Positions 37,224-47,065 are shown, counted from the first letter of the stretch. The stretch: DNA of 64,000 nucleotides from an uncultured virus (IMG/VR IMGVR_UViG_3300010885_047555) (IMGVR_UViG_3300010885_047555), one strand, 5' to 3'. Notes: generated by a model from the letters alone, not told the origin. Numbers and translations are program-made.

Positions 37224-37443
37224 TTTGAATGAGTCCAGCTCTTAGATCCTCTGCGTGTAGAAGTCGTTCTCTCCAGAGTTTGATGTCTTCTAACAGTTCT
37301 GAAAAATCAGGTGCGTTATGTTCTAGGTTCGCCTGTCTTACGGCTTTTAGGATGTCAAGTGTGTCGTGTGCAACGGCTACTAACATGTCCAAAGACGCTT
37401 CTAATTCTTTGTCCAACCTAACGGATTGTGCTTCTTCAGCCAT
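37213..37443 (-). CDS. hypothetical early protein
   Basis: AGGAGCAAAA-ATG at 37443. Confidence 0.65.
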   Translation of the reverse strand: MAEEAQSVRLDKELEASLDMLVAVAHDTLDILKAVRQANLEHNAPDFSELLEDIKLWRERLLHAEDLRAGLIQNEE

Positions 37444-37615
37444 TTTTGCTCCTATTTTCGGCATGAAAAAATCCGACCAGATGAATTCTGACCGGATATC
37501 TATTGGCTTGTCTCTAAGTGTTTCTCACCGTGTGAGCCTTCTGAAAGAGATTTTTATAGCCATTGAGCTACTCGTACACGTGCGTAAGTACATGCACGAG
37601 TGGCTCAATGACTTA

Positions 37616-37644
37616 AGTATGACATATGTACTACGTGTTGTCAA
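37616..37644 (-). promoter_or_regulatory. sigma-70/SigA-type early promoter
   Basis: TTGACA-17 nt-CATACT; shares cttaagtatgacata with the 37044 promoter. Confidence 0.85.
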
Positions 37645-37671
37645 GTCCAATATGTCATATTTTGATACTTT

Positions 37672-38112
37672 TTAGTACCAGTGATGTTCTTGCCAAAAAG
37701 CCCAAGCTTTGCAGGGTGTTCCGTATCTCTCCGAAATGTACTGGAGTCCACGGTCAATCTGTTGTTGCGTAGTAAGTTTTTTTGACAGGTGTAACATCTG
37801 GGGAATTCCATAGGCGCTGGAGTTTGGATTATCCGCTTTGTGACGCCAATTCGATTCCCGAGTCCATATCTTATTGAGGCAATTAAATTGACCCTTTAGC
37901 ATAAGTGTGGATGCGTATGAACGTGCGCGAGAGGGTGACATAATTCTAGGCATTTTAGATCTAACATGAATAGCCTTTTCTTTGACTATTACAGTCGGAA
38001 TTTTCTTAGATACGTAAGTATTAGACCGGGTAGCCGTAATACTTGCAATCGTCATCGTGGCTATCAAAGTGACTACAACCACAGCCAAAAATCTTTTCGC
38101 GTTCTTCATCAT
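37672..38112 (-). CDS. secreted/anchored lytic transglycosylase (SLT-like)
   Basis: Signal/TM segment; CLNKIWTRESNW..A.NP.SSAYGIPQ...QIDRGLQYISERYGTPCKAWAFW..HHWY. Confidence 0.9.
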   Translation of the reverse strand: MMKNAKRFLAVVVVTLIATMTIASITATRSNTYVSKKIPTVIVKEKAIHVRSKMPRIMSPSRARSYASTLMLKGQFNCLNKIWTRESNWRHKADNPNSSAYGIPQMLHLSKKLTTQQQIDRGLQYISERYGTPCKAWAFWQEHHWY

Positions 38113-38288
38113 AACTAACTTCTTTCTTGGGCATTTGGGTATTCAATTTCTGAATACGTTTATAACCAAAGATTTCTTTGATTAATGCAAATAGCTTTTT
38201 AATTGATTAGCTTCCTTTCTTTGTACTAAAAGAAAATCCCCTTATTTGATGTGTTTTTAGGTACACCAAAGGGGACTTTCTAGGATTA

Positions 38289-38317
38289 AGTATACCATAC
38301 ATATTCTTGGTTTTCAA
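38289..38317 (-). promoter_or_regulatory. leftward SigA-type promoter
   Basis: TTGAAA-17 nt-TATACT with TG extended -10. Confidence 0.75.
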
Positions 38318-38460
38318 TAAAAACAAAGGTTTTTCACACATTATTATTACTAGTTACTAGTAAGAGTAACTAACTTGTAAGTATTAATTTCTATAAATAT
38401 TTAATACTCTTTTAGTATTTTTCTATAGAAATAGATACATTTATTAAGTTTTAGGTAATA
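38318..38460. other. very AT-rich divergent intergenic region, candidate replication origin
   Basis: Nearly G/C-free stretch with short palindromes, at the strand switch upstream of the helicase. Confidence 0.45.
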
Positions 38461-38502
38461 CTCGCCCTATACCCAATTTTCATCGGGGTTTCCATAATCA
38501 CC

Positions 38503-38757
38503 TTGGTAATTACTTCCACGGGGGCAACAATTGACGAACTTAAGTTATGTTCGCTGTTTGGGTACAAATCCAAACAAGAGCGGGCAGATACTGAATCCCT
38601 TGGTATTATTCGTACCGGCTCTCCGTTTAGCACGAAAAGATTCAGCTCGCGGATTAAAGTGGCGCTGCACTTGCAGAAACTGTATCACACCGATTATGGT
38701 GCCGCCAGTGGCTGCGAATCCCACTATACCACCCCTGGTCCACGAGTCAGCGCTTAA
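38503..38757 (+). CDS. hypothetical protein upstream of the helicase (start uncertain; frame open from 38455)
   Basis: Fills the gap before the helicase; TTG start without an RBS. Confidence 0.4.
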   Translation: MVITSTGATIDELKLCSLFGYKSKQERADTESLGIIRTGSPFSTKRFSSRIKVALHLQKLYHTDYGAASGCESHYTTPGPRVSA

Positions 38758-38837
38758 GGATCAGGGGTGTGTCTTTCGAGAATATCGCGACACGCCGATA
38801 CTTGACACTAATTAGAAAACTATGTAAAGGTACGCAC

Positions 38838-40073
38838 ATGATTCGCCCAACTGCAGAGACCCTGCTCATATCAGCAATAATCAACACCGGTGATGTATCT
38901 ACCGTGTCGTTGTACAACGTAACCCCAGAGATGTTTATTGGATTTCCAAATGAATATCGCTGGGTTTTGTCATATCCAAAGGCATATGGCAGTTCTCCAA
39001 CTAAGGAGACATTCCTAACTAAATTTCCAACGTTCCCTTTTGCCGATACCTGTGACGTAGCTTTTGCTGCAGATGAGGTCAAATACGCATACACCAAGAG
39101 AGGGCTTGTAAGGGCCATTCAGGACTCCACAAGAGCCTTGACAGAAGGAGACCTAGAAGAAGCCATTATGGCCGTCTCCGGCTTTGCTATGCCGTCCTCA
39201 GTGGTTCCTTTAAAGAACACCCTAGATGATGTTTCATTTTTGGATACTTACGAACTAGCAGAGGATATTTTAAGAATTGGATGGCCTACCCTTTTGAAAT
39301 CAACAGCTGGGATTAGGCCTGGAGACTTGTGGTATTTGGCCGCCAGACTAGGCCAGGGAAAGTCTTGGTTGCTTGGATCGCTTGCAGCAGATGCCCTTAT
39401 TGCTGGAAAAAGAGTTATTTTTTATTCACTGGAGATGAGTCAACGACAAGTCCAAACCAGAATGCACACCATTTTGGCAAAAAGACTTGGGATTAATATT
39501 CAACATTCACAACTTCACGGAAGAACGTATGACGCGCTTGCTTATCGAAGACTTGTAGGAAGAATCTCTGATGAAATCAGAGGAGAATTATTTGTAGTCG
39601 ATACCTCCCTCGGTCGAGTATCTCCAGCCACAATCCAAGCCCAGTCGAACCAAGCAGATCTTGTTGTGGTTGATTATGCGGGACTACTTTCAACGCCAAT
39701 GGGAAACAGAGCCATTGATGATTGGCGCTCCATGGCTTCAATTTCAAACCAACTTAAAGAAGTTTCAGTGGCGACTGGAGTGCCAATTATCTCGGCAGCT
39801 CAAATTAATCGCGATGGAGATGGAGCTGGCTGGAAGCCGCCGAAGGTAAAAAACTTAGCTCAATCAGACGCTCTGGGACAAGACGCAGACGTGGTAATCA
39901 CACACAAGCGATATAGCAAATCTTCTATGGTCGCATCCATTGAAAAAAACAGACACGGAACGTCTGGAGATTATTTTTGGACTAATTTTTCTCCCGAAGA
40001 AGGAAAGTTTGATGAAATAACCAGAGATCAAGCAGATACTATTAAAGACAATGAAAGCGACGGAGACGACTAA
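38838..40073 (+). CDS. dnaB: DnaB-like replicative helicase
   Basis: AARLGQGKS Walker A, YSLEM, VVVDY, AAQINR, LAQSDALGQDADVVI, IEKNRHG; likely start ATG 38838. Confidence 0.92.
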   Translation: MIRPTAETLLISAIINTGDVSTVSLYNVTPEMFIGFPNEYRWVLSYPKAYGSSPTKETFLTKFPTFPFADTCDVAFAADEVKYAYTKRGLVRAIQDSTRALTEGDLEEAIMAVSGFAMPSSVVPLKNTLDDVSFLDTYELAEDILRIGWPTLLKSTAGIRPGDLWYLAARLGQGKSWLLGSLAADALIAGKRVIFYSLEMSQRQVQTRMHTILAKRLGINIQHSQLHGRTYDALAYRRLVGRISDEIRGELFVVDTSLGRVSPATIQAQSNQADLVVVDYAGLLSTPMGNRAIDDWRSMASISNQLKEVSVATGVPIISAAQINRDGDGAGWKPPKVKNLAQSDALGQDADVVITHKRYSKSSMVASIEKNRHGTSGDYFWTNFSPEEGKFDEITRDQADTIKDNESDGDD

Positions 40074-40261
40074 TGCCAGTTTATGAATTTGAATGCGAAA
40101 AGCTCCACAAGTGGCAAGCTGGGTTAAAAATAGACGAAAGAGACACGGAGCAAACCTGTGTTGCTTGTGGCGCAACGGGAAAGAGAATATTTTCTCCACC
40201 GGGAATCGAATTTAAATCAAAAGGATTTTATACAACCGACAACAGAAAGATAGGAAAGTGA
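40073..40261 (+). CDS. FmdB-family zinc ribbon protein
   Basis: MPVYEFEC...CVACG...RIFSPPGIEFKSKGFYTTD. Confidence 0.85.
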   Translation: MPVYEFECEKLHKWQAGLKIDERDTEQTCVACGATGKRIFSPPGIEFKSKGFYTTDNRKIGK

Positions 40262-40313
40262 CATATTTAATGTTATTTTATCTTGCAATGATTATGCTTT
40301 TAAGTCTTTCGCG

Positions 40314-41120
40314 ATGAGTTACAAAACTTTGGCTGATGCCATGTCAAGGGGAAAAGGAAACGAAAGAAGCTTTTGCTGTCCAGTACACGGAGACAACACT
40401 GCGTCAGCAAGCGTAAACGTAGCTAAAGCGGTTTGGTATTGCTATGCGTGCGGGGCAAAGGGAAAACTAGATGGGACATATGAGATAGATCCGTTTAATC
40501 TATTAGAAGAAATTAACGAAATATCGAAGGAGCAAAAGCTATATCCAGAGGGATGGCTTGATGTGTATGACGAACCAAATGATAAATATTGGAACGAAAG
40601 ATTTACAAAAGAAGCGATTGTGCAATTTCGACTCGGTCGTGACAGGTCAAAGGACGTGCCCACCTATCCCTTGCGGGACCCCTTTGGGCGCGTGCTGGGC
40701 GTGGTCGCAAGAAACATTGAAGGACCAAAATACAAATATCCGCGAGGGGTAAAAACTTCGAATCTTTTGTTTAACTACGAAATGGACAAATATGAGCCTT
40801 ACCCAATTTTGGTAGAAGGCGCCATGGACGTAGTAGCGGTGTGGGAGGCTGGGTACACGGCCTACGGATGCTTCTCAGCGGCACTCTACGACGGTCAACT
40901 AGACCTCTTGGCAAAGCAGAACCCAGCAATTGTTTTTCTTGCTTATGACATGGATAGGGCCGGGAAAGCTGCGCGAATAGAAGCCGCTAGCAAATTAGGA
41001 AAAATGGGAATTTTGACTCGTTCAATCGAATGGGATGATACATACAAAGATTTAGGCGAAATGCCGATAGACTTGCGAAAAGAATTGCTAGCGTCTATGG
41101 TACCTTCACTTACTAAATAA
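40314..41120 (+). CDS. DNA primase (CHC2 zinc finger and Toprim)
   Basis: CPVH.D..AS...WYCYACG; LVEGAMD; YDMDRAG; KDLGE. Confidence 0.9.
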   Translation: MSYKTLADAMSRGKGNERSFCCPVHGDNTASASVNVAKAVWYCYACGAKGKLDGTYEIDPFNLLEEINEISKEQKLYPEGWLDVYDEPNDKYWNERFTKEAIVQFRLGRDRSKDVPTYPLRDPFGRVLGVVARNIEGPKYKYPRGVKTSNLLFNYEMDKYEPYPILVEGAMDVVAVWEAGYTAYGCFSAALYDGQLDLLAKQNPAIVFLAYDMDRAGKAARIEAASKLGKMGILTRSIEWDDTYKDLGEMPIDLRKELLASMVPSLTK

Positions 41121-41130
41121 GGAGATAAAA

Positions 41131-41622
41131 ATGGCAATGACACACGAAAACTGGAAAAACCCTTGGGGAGATTCAGAAAATAAAAAAATTAGCAAAAGGA
41201 ATAACGACTTATCAGATAAAGAAACTCCAGAGGGCATAGCAAAAGAAATGTCAGAAATAAAAGATAAAATTTCAGAGTTGGAACTTAAATATCAACTTAA
41301 AAATAAAGAATTGATTTACGCTACCAAACACGATGAATATAAAGTTGTTGTATTTTTTAAACACGGAAAGCGCTTTACTGCAAAACTTGTAGAAGGAACT
41401 AGAACGGTTGTAAATGAGGACGCACTCAAAAAATTAATTCCAGCATCTATTTGGGAAACTGTTTTAGTTAGCAAGGTTGATCAAACTAAGCTAAGTAGAG
41501 CAATTACCTCTGGTGAGATTGACGCAGAAATTGTTGCAGAAGCTGTCGCAGTTGTTCCATCCGCTCCGTATTGGAGATTTACAGACAAGGGCGAGAACGA
41601 CAATGTTAAACCAATCTCCTAG
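41131..41622 (+). CDS. hypothetical protein
   Basis: AAGGAG RBS; coiled-coil N-terminus. Confidence 0.7.
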   Translation: MAMTHENWKNPWGDSENKKISKRNNDLSDKETPEGIAKEMSEIKDKISELELKYQLKNKELIYATKHDEYKVVVFFKHGKRFTAKLVEGTRTVVNEDALKKLIPASIWETVLVSKVDQTKLSRAITSGEIDAEIVAEAVAVVPSAPYWRFTDKGENDNVKPIS

Positions 41623-42064
41623 GGACTCATCTACAAAATTTGTTAGAAGTCTTCCAGGAAACTATTTGATGCTAAGAGAAGCTGCTGAATCTCTAAACGT
41701 TTCGCACGTAACTCTTAGAAAATTTATTAGAGACGACAATGAAAATCTCGGTCCAAGCAAATGTGTCTTTTTTGGTAAATCTAAAATTTACTTGTATACA
41801 TTGGATGACGTAACAAAAATTGCCAAATATCTTGAAGAAAGAAAAACCGTCTTAGACAATGACGGAACCCATAAACTCTCCGCAAGGGGACGTCCAGCAA
41901 TTTGGACAAAAGAAGAAAGAAAAGAACGCCAACGCAAATTTGCGAGGGCCTCTTACTACAAAAGAAAAGCTCAAAATGCTTTGGCGATTGGAACTACAGA
42001 AGAATACCTAGAAGCAACTAAAAAAGCAGAAGAAATTATAAAACAGTTGAAAGAGGAAAAATGA
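41603..42064 (+). CDS. HTH DNA-binding protein (MerR/excisionase-like)
   Basis: LREAAESLNVSHVTLRKF...IYLYTLDDV. Confidence 0.7.
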   Translation: MLNQSPRDSSTKFVRSLPGNYLMLREAAESLNVSHVTLRKFIRDDNENLGPSKCVFFGKSKIYLYTLDDVTKIAKYLEERKTVLDNDGTHKLSARGRPAIWTKEERKERQRKFARASYYKRKAQNALAIGTTEEYLEATKKAEEIIKQLKEEK

Positions 42065-42279
42065 GTTTATCAGCCGGAGATAGAATAGAACTCTCCATTA
42101 CTCACCAAATTGTGATTAACGGAGATAACTCTTGGGTAAAACTTGGGGTTGACAGCCAAGTCTTAAAAGACGAGAATAGCGATACCGCAATTGAACGGGT
42201 TACAAATCTGGTCAATGAAAAAATTATCAAAATAATTGAAAAAACAGTCGAAACAGTAAACAGTTATGAGGGAAAATAA
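42061..42279 (+). CDS. hypothetical protein
   Basis: GAGGA RBS; ATGA overlap. Confidence 0.7.
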   Translation: MSLSAGDRIELSITHQIVINGDNSWVKLGVDSQVLKDENSDTAIERVTNLVNEKIIKIIEKTVETVNSYEGK

Positions 42280-42280
42280 A

Positions 42281-43036
42281 ATGAAATTTGGAACAGTAAA
42301 GAAAAATGAAGTAGAAATGGTTCGCTCGGGAGACTACCTGAGGAACTTCAAAGAAGGTCAGACTAAGATTCGCTTTTTAAATGAAACAGATGAGTTTATT
42401 ATGTTTCGAGAGCACTACACCTTAGAGGGTAAATCATTTCCCTGCCTTCAAGACAGTGCAAATTGCCCAGGTTGCACGAGTGAAATTGAGTCAGTCCGAA
42501 AGTCAAGCAGAAAATATGCAGTAAACGTATTGATGGTAGACAGTGGATACGTTAACGCTGTAAAGATGCCAGTGACGCTTGTAAACAGAATTGTTACTAG
42601 ATCTGAACGCAACGGCGGAACAATTACAAATCGTGATTATGTTATTTACCGTACCGGTAAAGGGCTAGAAACTGAATATGATGTCGAGCAGGACGAAAAG
42701 TACCCAGTAGAGCTTGCCCAATACGAACCAAGCCTAAAAGATATTAACGTAATCTTGGAAACTTCATTTGAAGAAATTTGCGGACCAGTTTCTCAATTTG
42801 AGGGTTCTGTAAAGCCAAAGGCTAAAGCCGTAATTAAAGAAGAAAAAACAGAGGATTTCCCTTCTAAATCAGCAATCAATAGCGGACATGCTGATGATGA
42901 AGAAATTGACGAGTCCGCAGTCAGAGCTATGAAAATTAACGAACTGGTTGTCTTAGCGAGTCGTGCAAATTTAGACGTATCTAAAGCAGAGACACGCGAA
43001 GAAATGGTAGAACTTCTAATTGCAGAATTGGGTTAG
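42281..43036 (+). CDS. single-stranded DNA-binding protein (gp32-like)
   Basis: G.TKIRFL..EHY..FPC....CPGC...RDY.I.R.GKGLETEYDV; acidic tail; lies upstream of the polymerase. Confidence 0.7.
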   Translation: MKFGTVKKNEVEMVRSGDYLRNFKEGQTKIRFLNETDEFIMFREHYTLEGKSFPCLQDSANCPGCTSEIESVRKSSRKYAVNVLMVDSGYVNAVKMPVTLVNRIVTRSERNGGTITNRDYVIYRTGKGLETEYDVEQDEKYPVELAQYEPSLKDINVILETSFEEICGPVSQFEGSVKPKAKAVIKEEKTEDFPSKSAINSGHADDEEIDESAVRAMKINELVVLASRANLDVSKAETREEMVELLIAELG

Positions 43037-43040
43037 AATA

Positions 43041-43106
43041 TCCCTGCCCACAGGGACCCCGCTCTGGAATTTTGACCAGACGGAAGGTTTGAGACCTTCG
43101 CGGGGA
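43041..43106 (+). ncRNA. compact tRNA-like structured element directly before the dnaE start
   Basis: CCCCGC[TCTGG-8-CCAGA]CG[GAAGG-TTTGAGA-CCTTC]GCGGGG preceded by a tccctg/caggga hairpin. Confidence 0.5.
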
Positions 43107-43107
43107 C

Positions 43108-45753
43108 GTGATTAAAATAAAAAGAAAATTACCAGTTTGGAACTTACACACTCATTCTAGATATTCTGCGAATGATGCGCTTCCAACTCCTAGAGATATT
43201 GTCAACGCCGTTGCAGATATGGGACAACCAGCAATTGGCCTTACTGACCACGGAAATATGGCTGGGTCAATCCAGCTGTACAACGCCGCGCAATCACGCG
43301 GAATAAAGCCGTTTCCTGGAACTGAACTTTACATTGTTGACGATAGGGAAAACACGAAAGCAAAACGTCATCACATGGGAATCGTTGCCTACACAACTGA
43401 AGGCTATAAAAATTTAGTTAAAATAAGTACCCTTAGCCATAAAAACTTCCACAACAAACCTTTATTGGACTTTTCAGATTTAGCAGGATTAAGCGAAGCT
43501 GGTCTAACGAAAGGGATTGCCGCTACTTCAGGTTGTTATTTCGGCTTTGTTTCTCAAGCTGTAGTCAAAGAAGATGAATCTGCTCTCAAAAGTTACTTGC
43601 ACAGTTTTAATAACTGGTTTGATAAATTTTATGTAGAACTACAAAATCACAACATTGAACAAAATGGTTGGACCGACGAAATGGTTTCTACCTACCTATG
43701 GGATGTCGCCAGAGAAATGGGACTTCCATGCATTCTGACACAAGATAGCCACTATATAAAGAAAGAAGATAGAAATGTCCATGAATCACTTAAACGAATG
43801 GTCGCATACGGATCAGACGCAGAAGATGCAGTCTTTCCAGGAGACGGATACCACCTTGCCGACGAACAATGGTTTCGAGACCACCATAAACCAGCCTTAT
43901 TCAATTCAGGGATCGAAGGACTCCGCGACCTCTTGGGTGCGCACGACCTTGAAATTCCAGAGCTAGATAACTATAAATATAGAATCCCGTTTACTACGGC
44001 AGACCCAGATACAGAACTGCGTACCACTTGTATTAAAAAGTTAGAATCGCTGGGTCTGCTCAAGGGAGAATATAAAGAAAGACTAGAAAGTGAATTTGAC
44101 ATTATTCTTGACACTGGAATGGCTGGATATTTACTTTTAGTAAAAGAAGTAACCGATTGGTGCAAAGATAATAAAATTTTTTATCAAGCAAGAGGGTCCG
44201 CATCGGGTTCAATTGTTTGTTGGATGCTGGGAATTACTCAAGTTGATCCCGTCAAGTGGAAGCTGCGTTTTGAGCGCTTTATTTCTAGAGACCGAACAAA
44301 GCCTCCAGATATTGATTTGGACGTTGAGCACCTTCGCAGACAAGAACTAATCGAATGGCTTGAAACTAGATTTTCGGTTAATCAAATTGGTACATGGCTA
44401 GAACATTCAATTACTGGAGACGATGAAGAATCTAAAGGGAGCCTCAGGGTTAGATACTACGCACGTCAAAAGATGAACGGTGTCACAAATCCAGTCCCGT
44501 GGAACAAAATTCCACAAGAAGATAGAGACATGCTAAAGCAAATCTCTCAGTTCTCTCCATACAACGCATATGGAACGCACGCTGCTGGTTTGGTTGTCAC
44601 TACAACTTCTGATGAATTTAACTCACTAGTACCACTAATGATGGTCGCATCTTCCAAAACCCTGGTTTCTCAATATGACATGGGAGACGTAGAAAAACTT
44701 GGCTTAGTCAAACTTGACGTACTTGGGCTTAAAACTCTTTCTATATTAAACAAAGCAATGATAAATTTGGATAAAGATCCGCTCGATGGTCTTGATTGGA
44801 TACCTTTAGACGATTCAAAAACCTTTACTGCAATATCTAAGGGAAGAACGGAAGGCGTGTTTCAGCTGGAAGGGATATCGGCCAAGTACGGTTGTATGGA
44901 ATTAAAGCCCAATAAAATTACCGATATTGTTGCAGCTATGGCTTTGTTCAGACCGGCAACTATGGATTCTGGTGCAACAAAAACTTATATTAAGCGCAAG
45001 CATAAAGAAGAAAGTATTCCTGAGATGCATCAAATCATTTCAAAAAATACAAAAGCCACTTATGGAATTATGCTTTTTCAAGAACAAGTCATATCTATTC
45101 TTAGAGACCTCGGAATGGACGCAGATAATTTAACGTCTTTTCTCAAGGCGGTAAAATCCTCTAATTCAGACATTGGGGATGCCGGCGGAGTAATTGCTGG
45201 ATACAAATCTCGCGTACAAGAAATGTCAGTTGAAAAAGGTATGAACGAAAACGATTTTGCGTGGTTATGGGAAGCAATCGAAGGTTTTGCGGCATACGGA
45301 TTTAATCAAGCACATTCGGTTGCGTATGGACTTACTGCTTATAGATGCGCATATCTAGCGCAAAACCATCCAATTGAGTTTTTTGCCGCGGTTTTATCCG
45401 TGGCCGCCGGAACCGATAAAGAGCAAAACTACATTGCCGCTGCTAGAAAGTATGGAGTAAGAATTTTATCCTCTGACGTTCAATATTCTGGCGTCACATA
45501 CACAGTGGACAAAAAAAGAAAATCAATCAGAAAAGGTTTATTATCAATTAAAGGAGTAGGCGAAAAGGCAGCGATAGAAATTATTAATGCCAGGCCAGAT
45601 GGTGGATGGAAAAATAAAGAAGATTTCGCCAGTACTGTTAGCCACAGAAAAGTTACTGGAATTAAAGCCTTAAAAGAAGGAGATTCAACAGTGGGAACAA
45701 TTGGCAAACTGCACGAATCTGGAGCGTTAGAGAGTTTGTATGAAGCCGTTTGA
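43108..45753 (+). CDS. dnaE: DNA polymerase III alpha subunit
   Basis: PHP motifs HTHS, TDHG, GTE and DSHY; RGSASGS; FERF; PDIDLD; KLDVLGLKTL; FQEQ; YGFNQAHS; HhH IKGVG. Confidence 0.97.
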   Translation: MIKIKRKLPVWNLHTHSRYSANDALPTPRDIVNAVADMGQPAIGLTDHGNMAGSIQLYNAAQSRGIKPFPGTELYIVDDRENTKAKRHHMGIVAYTTEGYKNLVKISTLSHKNFHNKPLLDFSDLAGLSEAGLTKGIAATSGCYFGFVSQAVVKEDESALKSYLHSFNNWFDKFYVELQNHNIEQNGWTDEMVSTYLWDVAREMGLPCILTQDSHYIKKEDRNVHESLKRMVAYGSDAEDAVFPGDGYHLADEQWFRDHHKPALFNSGIEGLRDLLGAHDLEIPELDNYKYRIPFTTADPDTELRTTCIKKLESLGLLKGEYKERLESEFDIILDTGMAGYLLLVKEVTDWCKDNKIFYQARGSASGSIVCWMLGITQVDPVKWKLRFERFISRDRTKPPDIDLDVEHLRRQELIEWLETRFSVNQIGTWLEHSITGDDEESKGSLRVRYYARQKMNGVTNPVPWNKIPQEDRDMLKQISQFSPYNAYGTHAAGLVVTTTSDEFNSLVPLMMVASSKTLVSQYDMGDVEKLGLVKLDVLGLKTLSILNKAMINLDKDPLDGLDWIPLDDSKTFTAISKGRTEGVFQLEGISAKYGCMELKPNKITDIVAAMALFRPATMDSGATKTYIKRKHKEESIPEMHQIISKNTKATYGIMLFQEQVISILRDLGMDADNLTSFLKAVKSSNSDIGDAGGVIAGYKSRVQEMSVEKGMNENDFAWLWEAIEGFAAYGFNQAHSVAYGLTAYRCAYLAQNHPIEFFAAVLSVAAGTDKEQNYIAAARKYGVRILSSDVQYSGVTYTVDKKRKSIRKGLLSIKGVGEKAAIEIINARPDGGWKNKEDFASTVSHRKVTGIKALKEGDSTVGTIGKLHESGALESLYEAV

Positions 45754-46093
45754 CAGGGTAAAACTACGTTCTGAGGGCAAGTGCGAAGCCATGGTGTTCA
45801 TTGAAGTAACTGGTGTTTGGACTAGATGCTGGAAGCAACCAGTTGAAGTTCACCACATGCTTACCAGGGGGCGTGGGGGAGCCGTGTTGGATAAAGCTGG
45901 GGAAATATACCATTTAATTGCTTTATGTCCGCGGTGTCACGCTGCAAGCGATGGGGGAGAGGCATATGAGGGGGACTTACTTATAGATGGATATGTAATA
46001 ACAAATGAACTAGAAGAGCCAAAATATTTAGGATCAGACAAATATCTAAGAAGAAAGTATGGAGATGACAAACCCACTAAAAAAGATAATTAA
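45740..46093 (+). CDS. HNH endonuclease-like protein
   Basis: RSEGKCE...C...EVHH...RGRGG...LIALCPRCH. Confidence 0.75.
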   Translation: MKPFDRVKLRSEGKCEAMVFIEVTGVWTRCWKQPVEVHHMLTRGRGGAVLDKAGEIYHLIALCPRCHAASDGGEAYEGDLLIDGYVITNELEEPKYLGSDKYLRRKYGDDKPTKKDN

Positions 46094-46829
46094 TGCCGCT
46101 AGCCTTCCGGTTACCGTTAGACATTCTCGTTGGTTAGAACTAAACAGCAACACCAAATACAACGAAAAGGCACTTAAGTTTGCCGCCGATGCACTTGCTC
46201 AAGATGTTGGTGGAAATAGAAAGCGCGCAAAGCGTTTATTTAGGTCTTCCGCCATGGGGCAGTGTGATAGAAAGCGCGTCATGGCCTACGTTGGCGCTCC
46301 TGAACAAATTGTAGAAAACGCAGATCTTGCTAATATTTTTCATACGGGAAACTTCTTGCACCTGAAATGGCAAATGGCTGGTTTAACCGAAGGGTGGTTA
46401 GCTGAAGCAGAAGTTCCGGCAGAAAGCCCAACCATGTTACTAGGCGGAACTATGGACGGAATTCTTTACAACGGACACGGCCTAGAATTCAAAACTATTA
46501 ACTCAAATGGGTTTAGATATGTCATGGATAGGGGTCCAGATAAAAAGCACATACTTCAAGTACATTCATACATGGCAATGACGGATATAGAACAATTTTC
46601 TATTATTTACGAAAACAAAGATACTGGCGTATGGAGAGAATTTGGAGTAAAAAAAGATGATAACATTATTAGCGAAGTTGTTAATAAAATTGATGAACTC
46701 ACACAAGCTCTCGAAAGAGAGGAATTACCACCGATGCTCCCCCTCTGTCAAACCAAAGAAGGAACAGAATTCAGATACTGTCAATTTAGCGATATCTGTG
46801 GGACATCCAAGTACTCAGACTTTAAGTGA
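46065..46829 (+). CDS. Cas4-like PD-(D/E)xK exonuclease
   Basis: SSAMGQCDR, GNFLH, GTMDG, LEFKT, QVHSYM, YENK, C-terminal C...YCQF..IC. Confidence 0.85.
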   Translation: MTNPLKKIINAASLPVTVRHSRWLELNSNTKYNEKALKFAADALAQDVGGNRKRAKRLFRSSAMGQCDRKRVMAYVGAPEQIVENADLANIFHTGNFLHLKWQMAGLTEGWLAEAEVPAESPTMLLGGTMDGILYNGHGLEFKTINSNGFRYVMDRGPDKKHILQVHSYMAMTDIEQFSIIYENKDTGVWREFGVKKDDNIISEVVNKIDELTQALEREELPPMLPLCQTKEGTEFRYCQFSDICGTSKYSDFK

Positions 46830-46837
46830 GAATTTAG

Positions 46838-47065
46838 ATGATATTGAGTATCCCGAAAGATATATACAGGAAGATGGAGAAATTGTCTGTCACCATTGCG
46901 GAAAAATCTGGAAAATTGAAGAGCTCAGAGTCCATTGTGGATCACCATCCTGCGATTGGTTTAAGTGTGACTGTAAAAACTTCTTCAGAATATGAAGCGA
47001 CGCCGGCTCAACCTATCCTAAAGGAAGGGAGCCGACGCCGCGCCGCCCGCATTTCAGATAACTAA
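46838..47065 (+). CDS. hypothetical protein
   Basis: ORF after the nuclease; an overlapping Cys-rich frame ending at 46995 competes with it. Confidence 0.35.
   Translation: MILSIPKDIYRKMEKLSVTIAEKSGKLKSSESIVDHHPAIGLSVTVKTSSEYEATPAQPILKEGSRRRAARISDN

Noticed and set aside
37229..37675. 148-aa plus-strand ORF
   Set aside because: Overlaps a minus-strand gene with a strong RBS and the promoter/hairpin region
43108..45753. Intein or intron in dnaE (also checked by eye in helicase and terminase)
   Set aside because: Motifs are contiguous, lengths are compact, and no splice-junction motifs were seen
46065..46829. Cas4-like gene as part of a CRISPR-Cas system
   Set aside because: No other cas genes or array; it sits in the replication module like ordinary phage exonucleases
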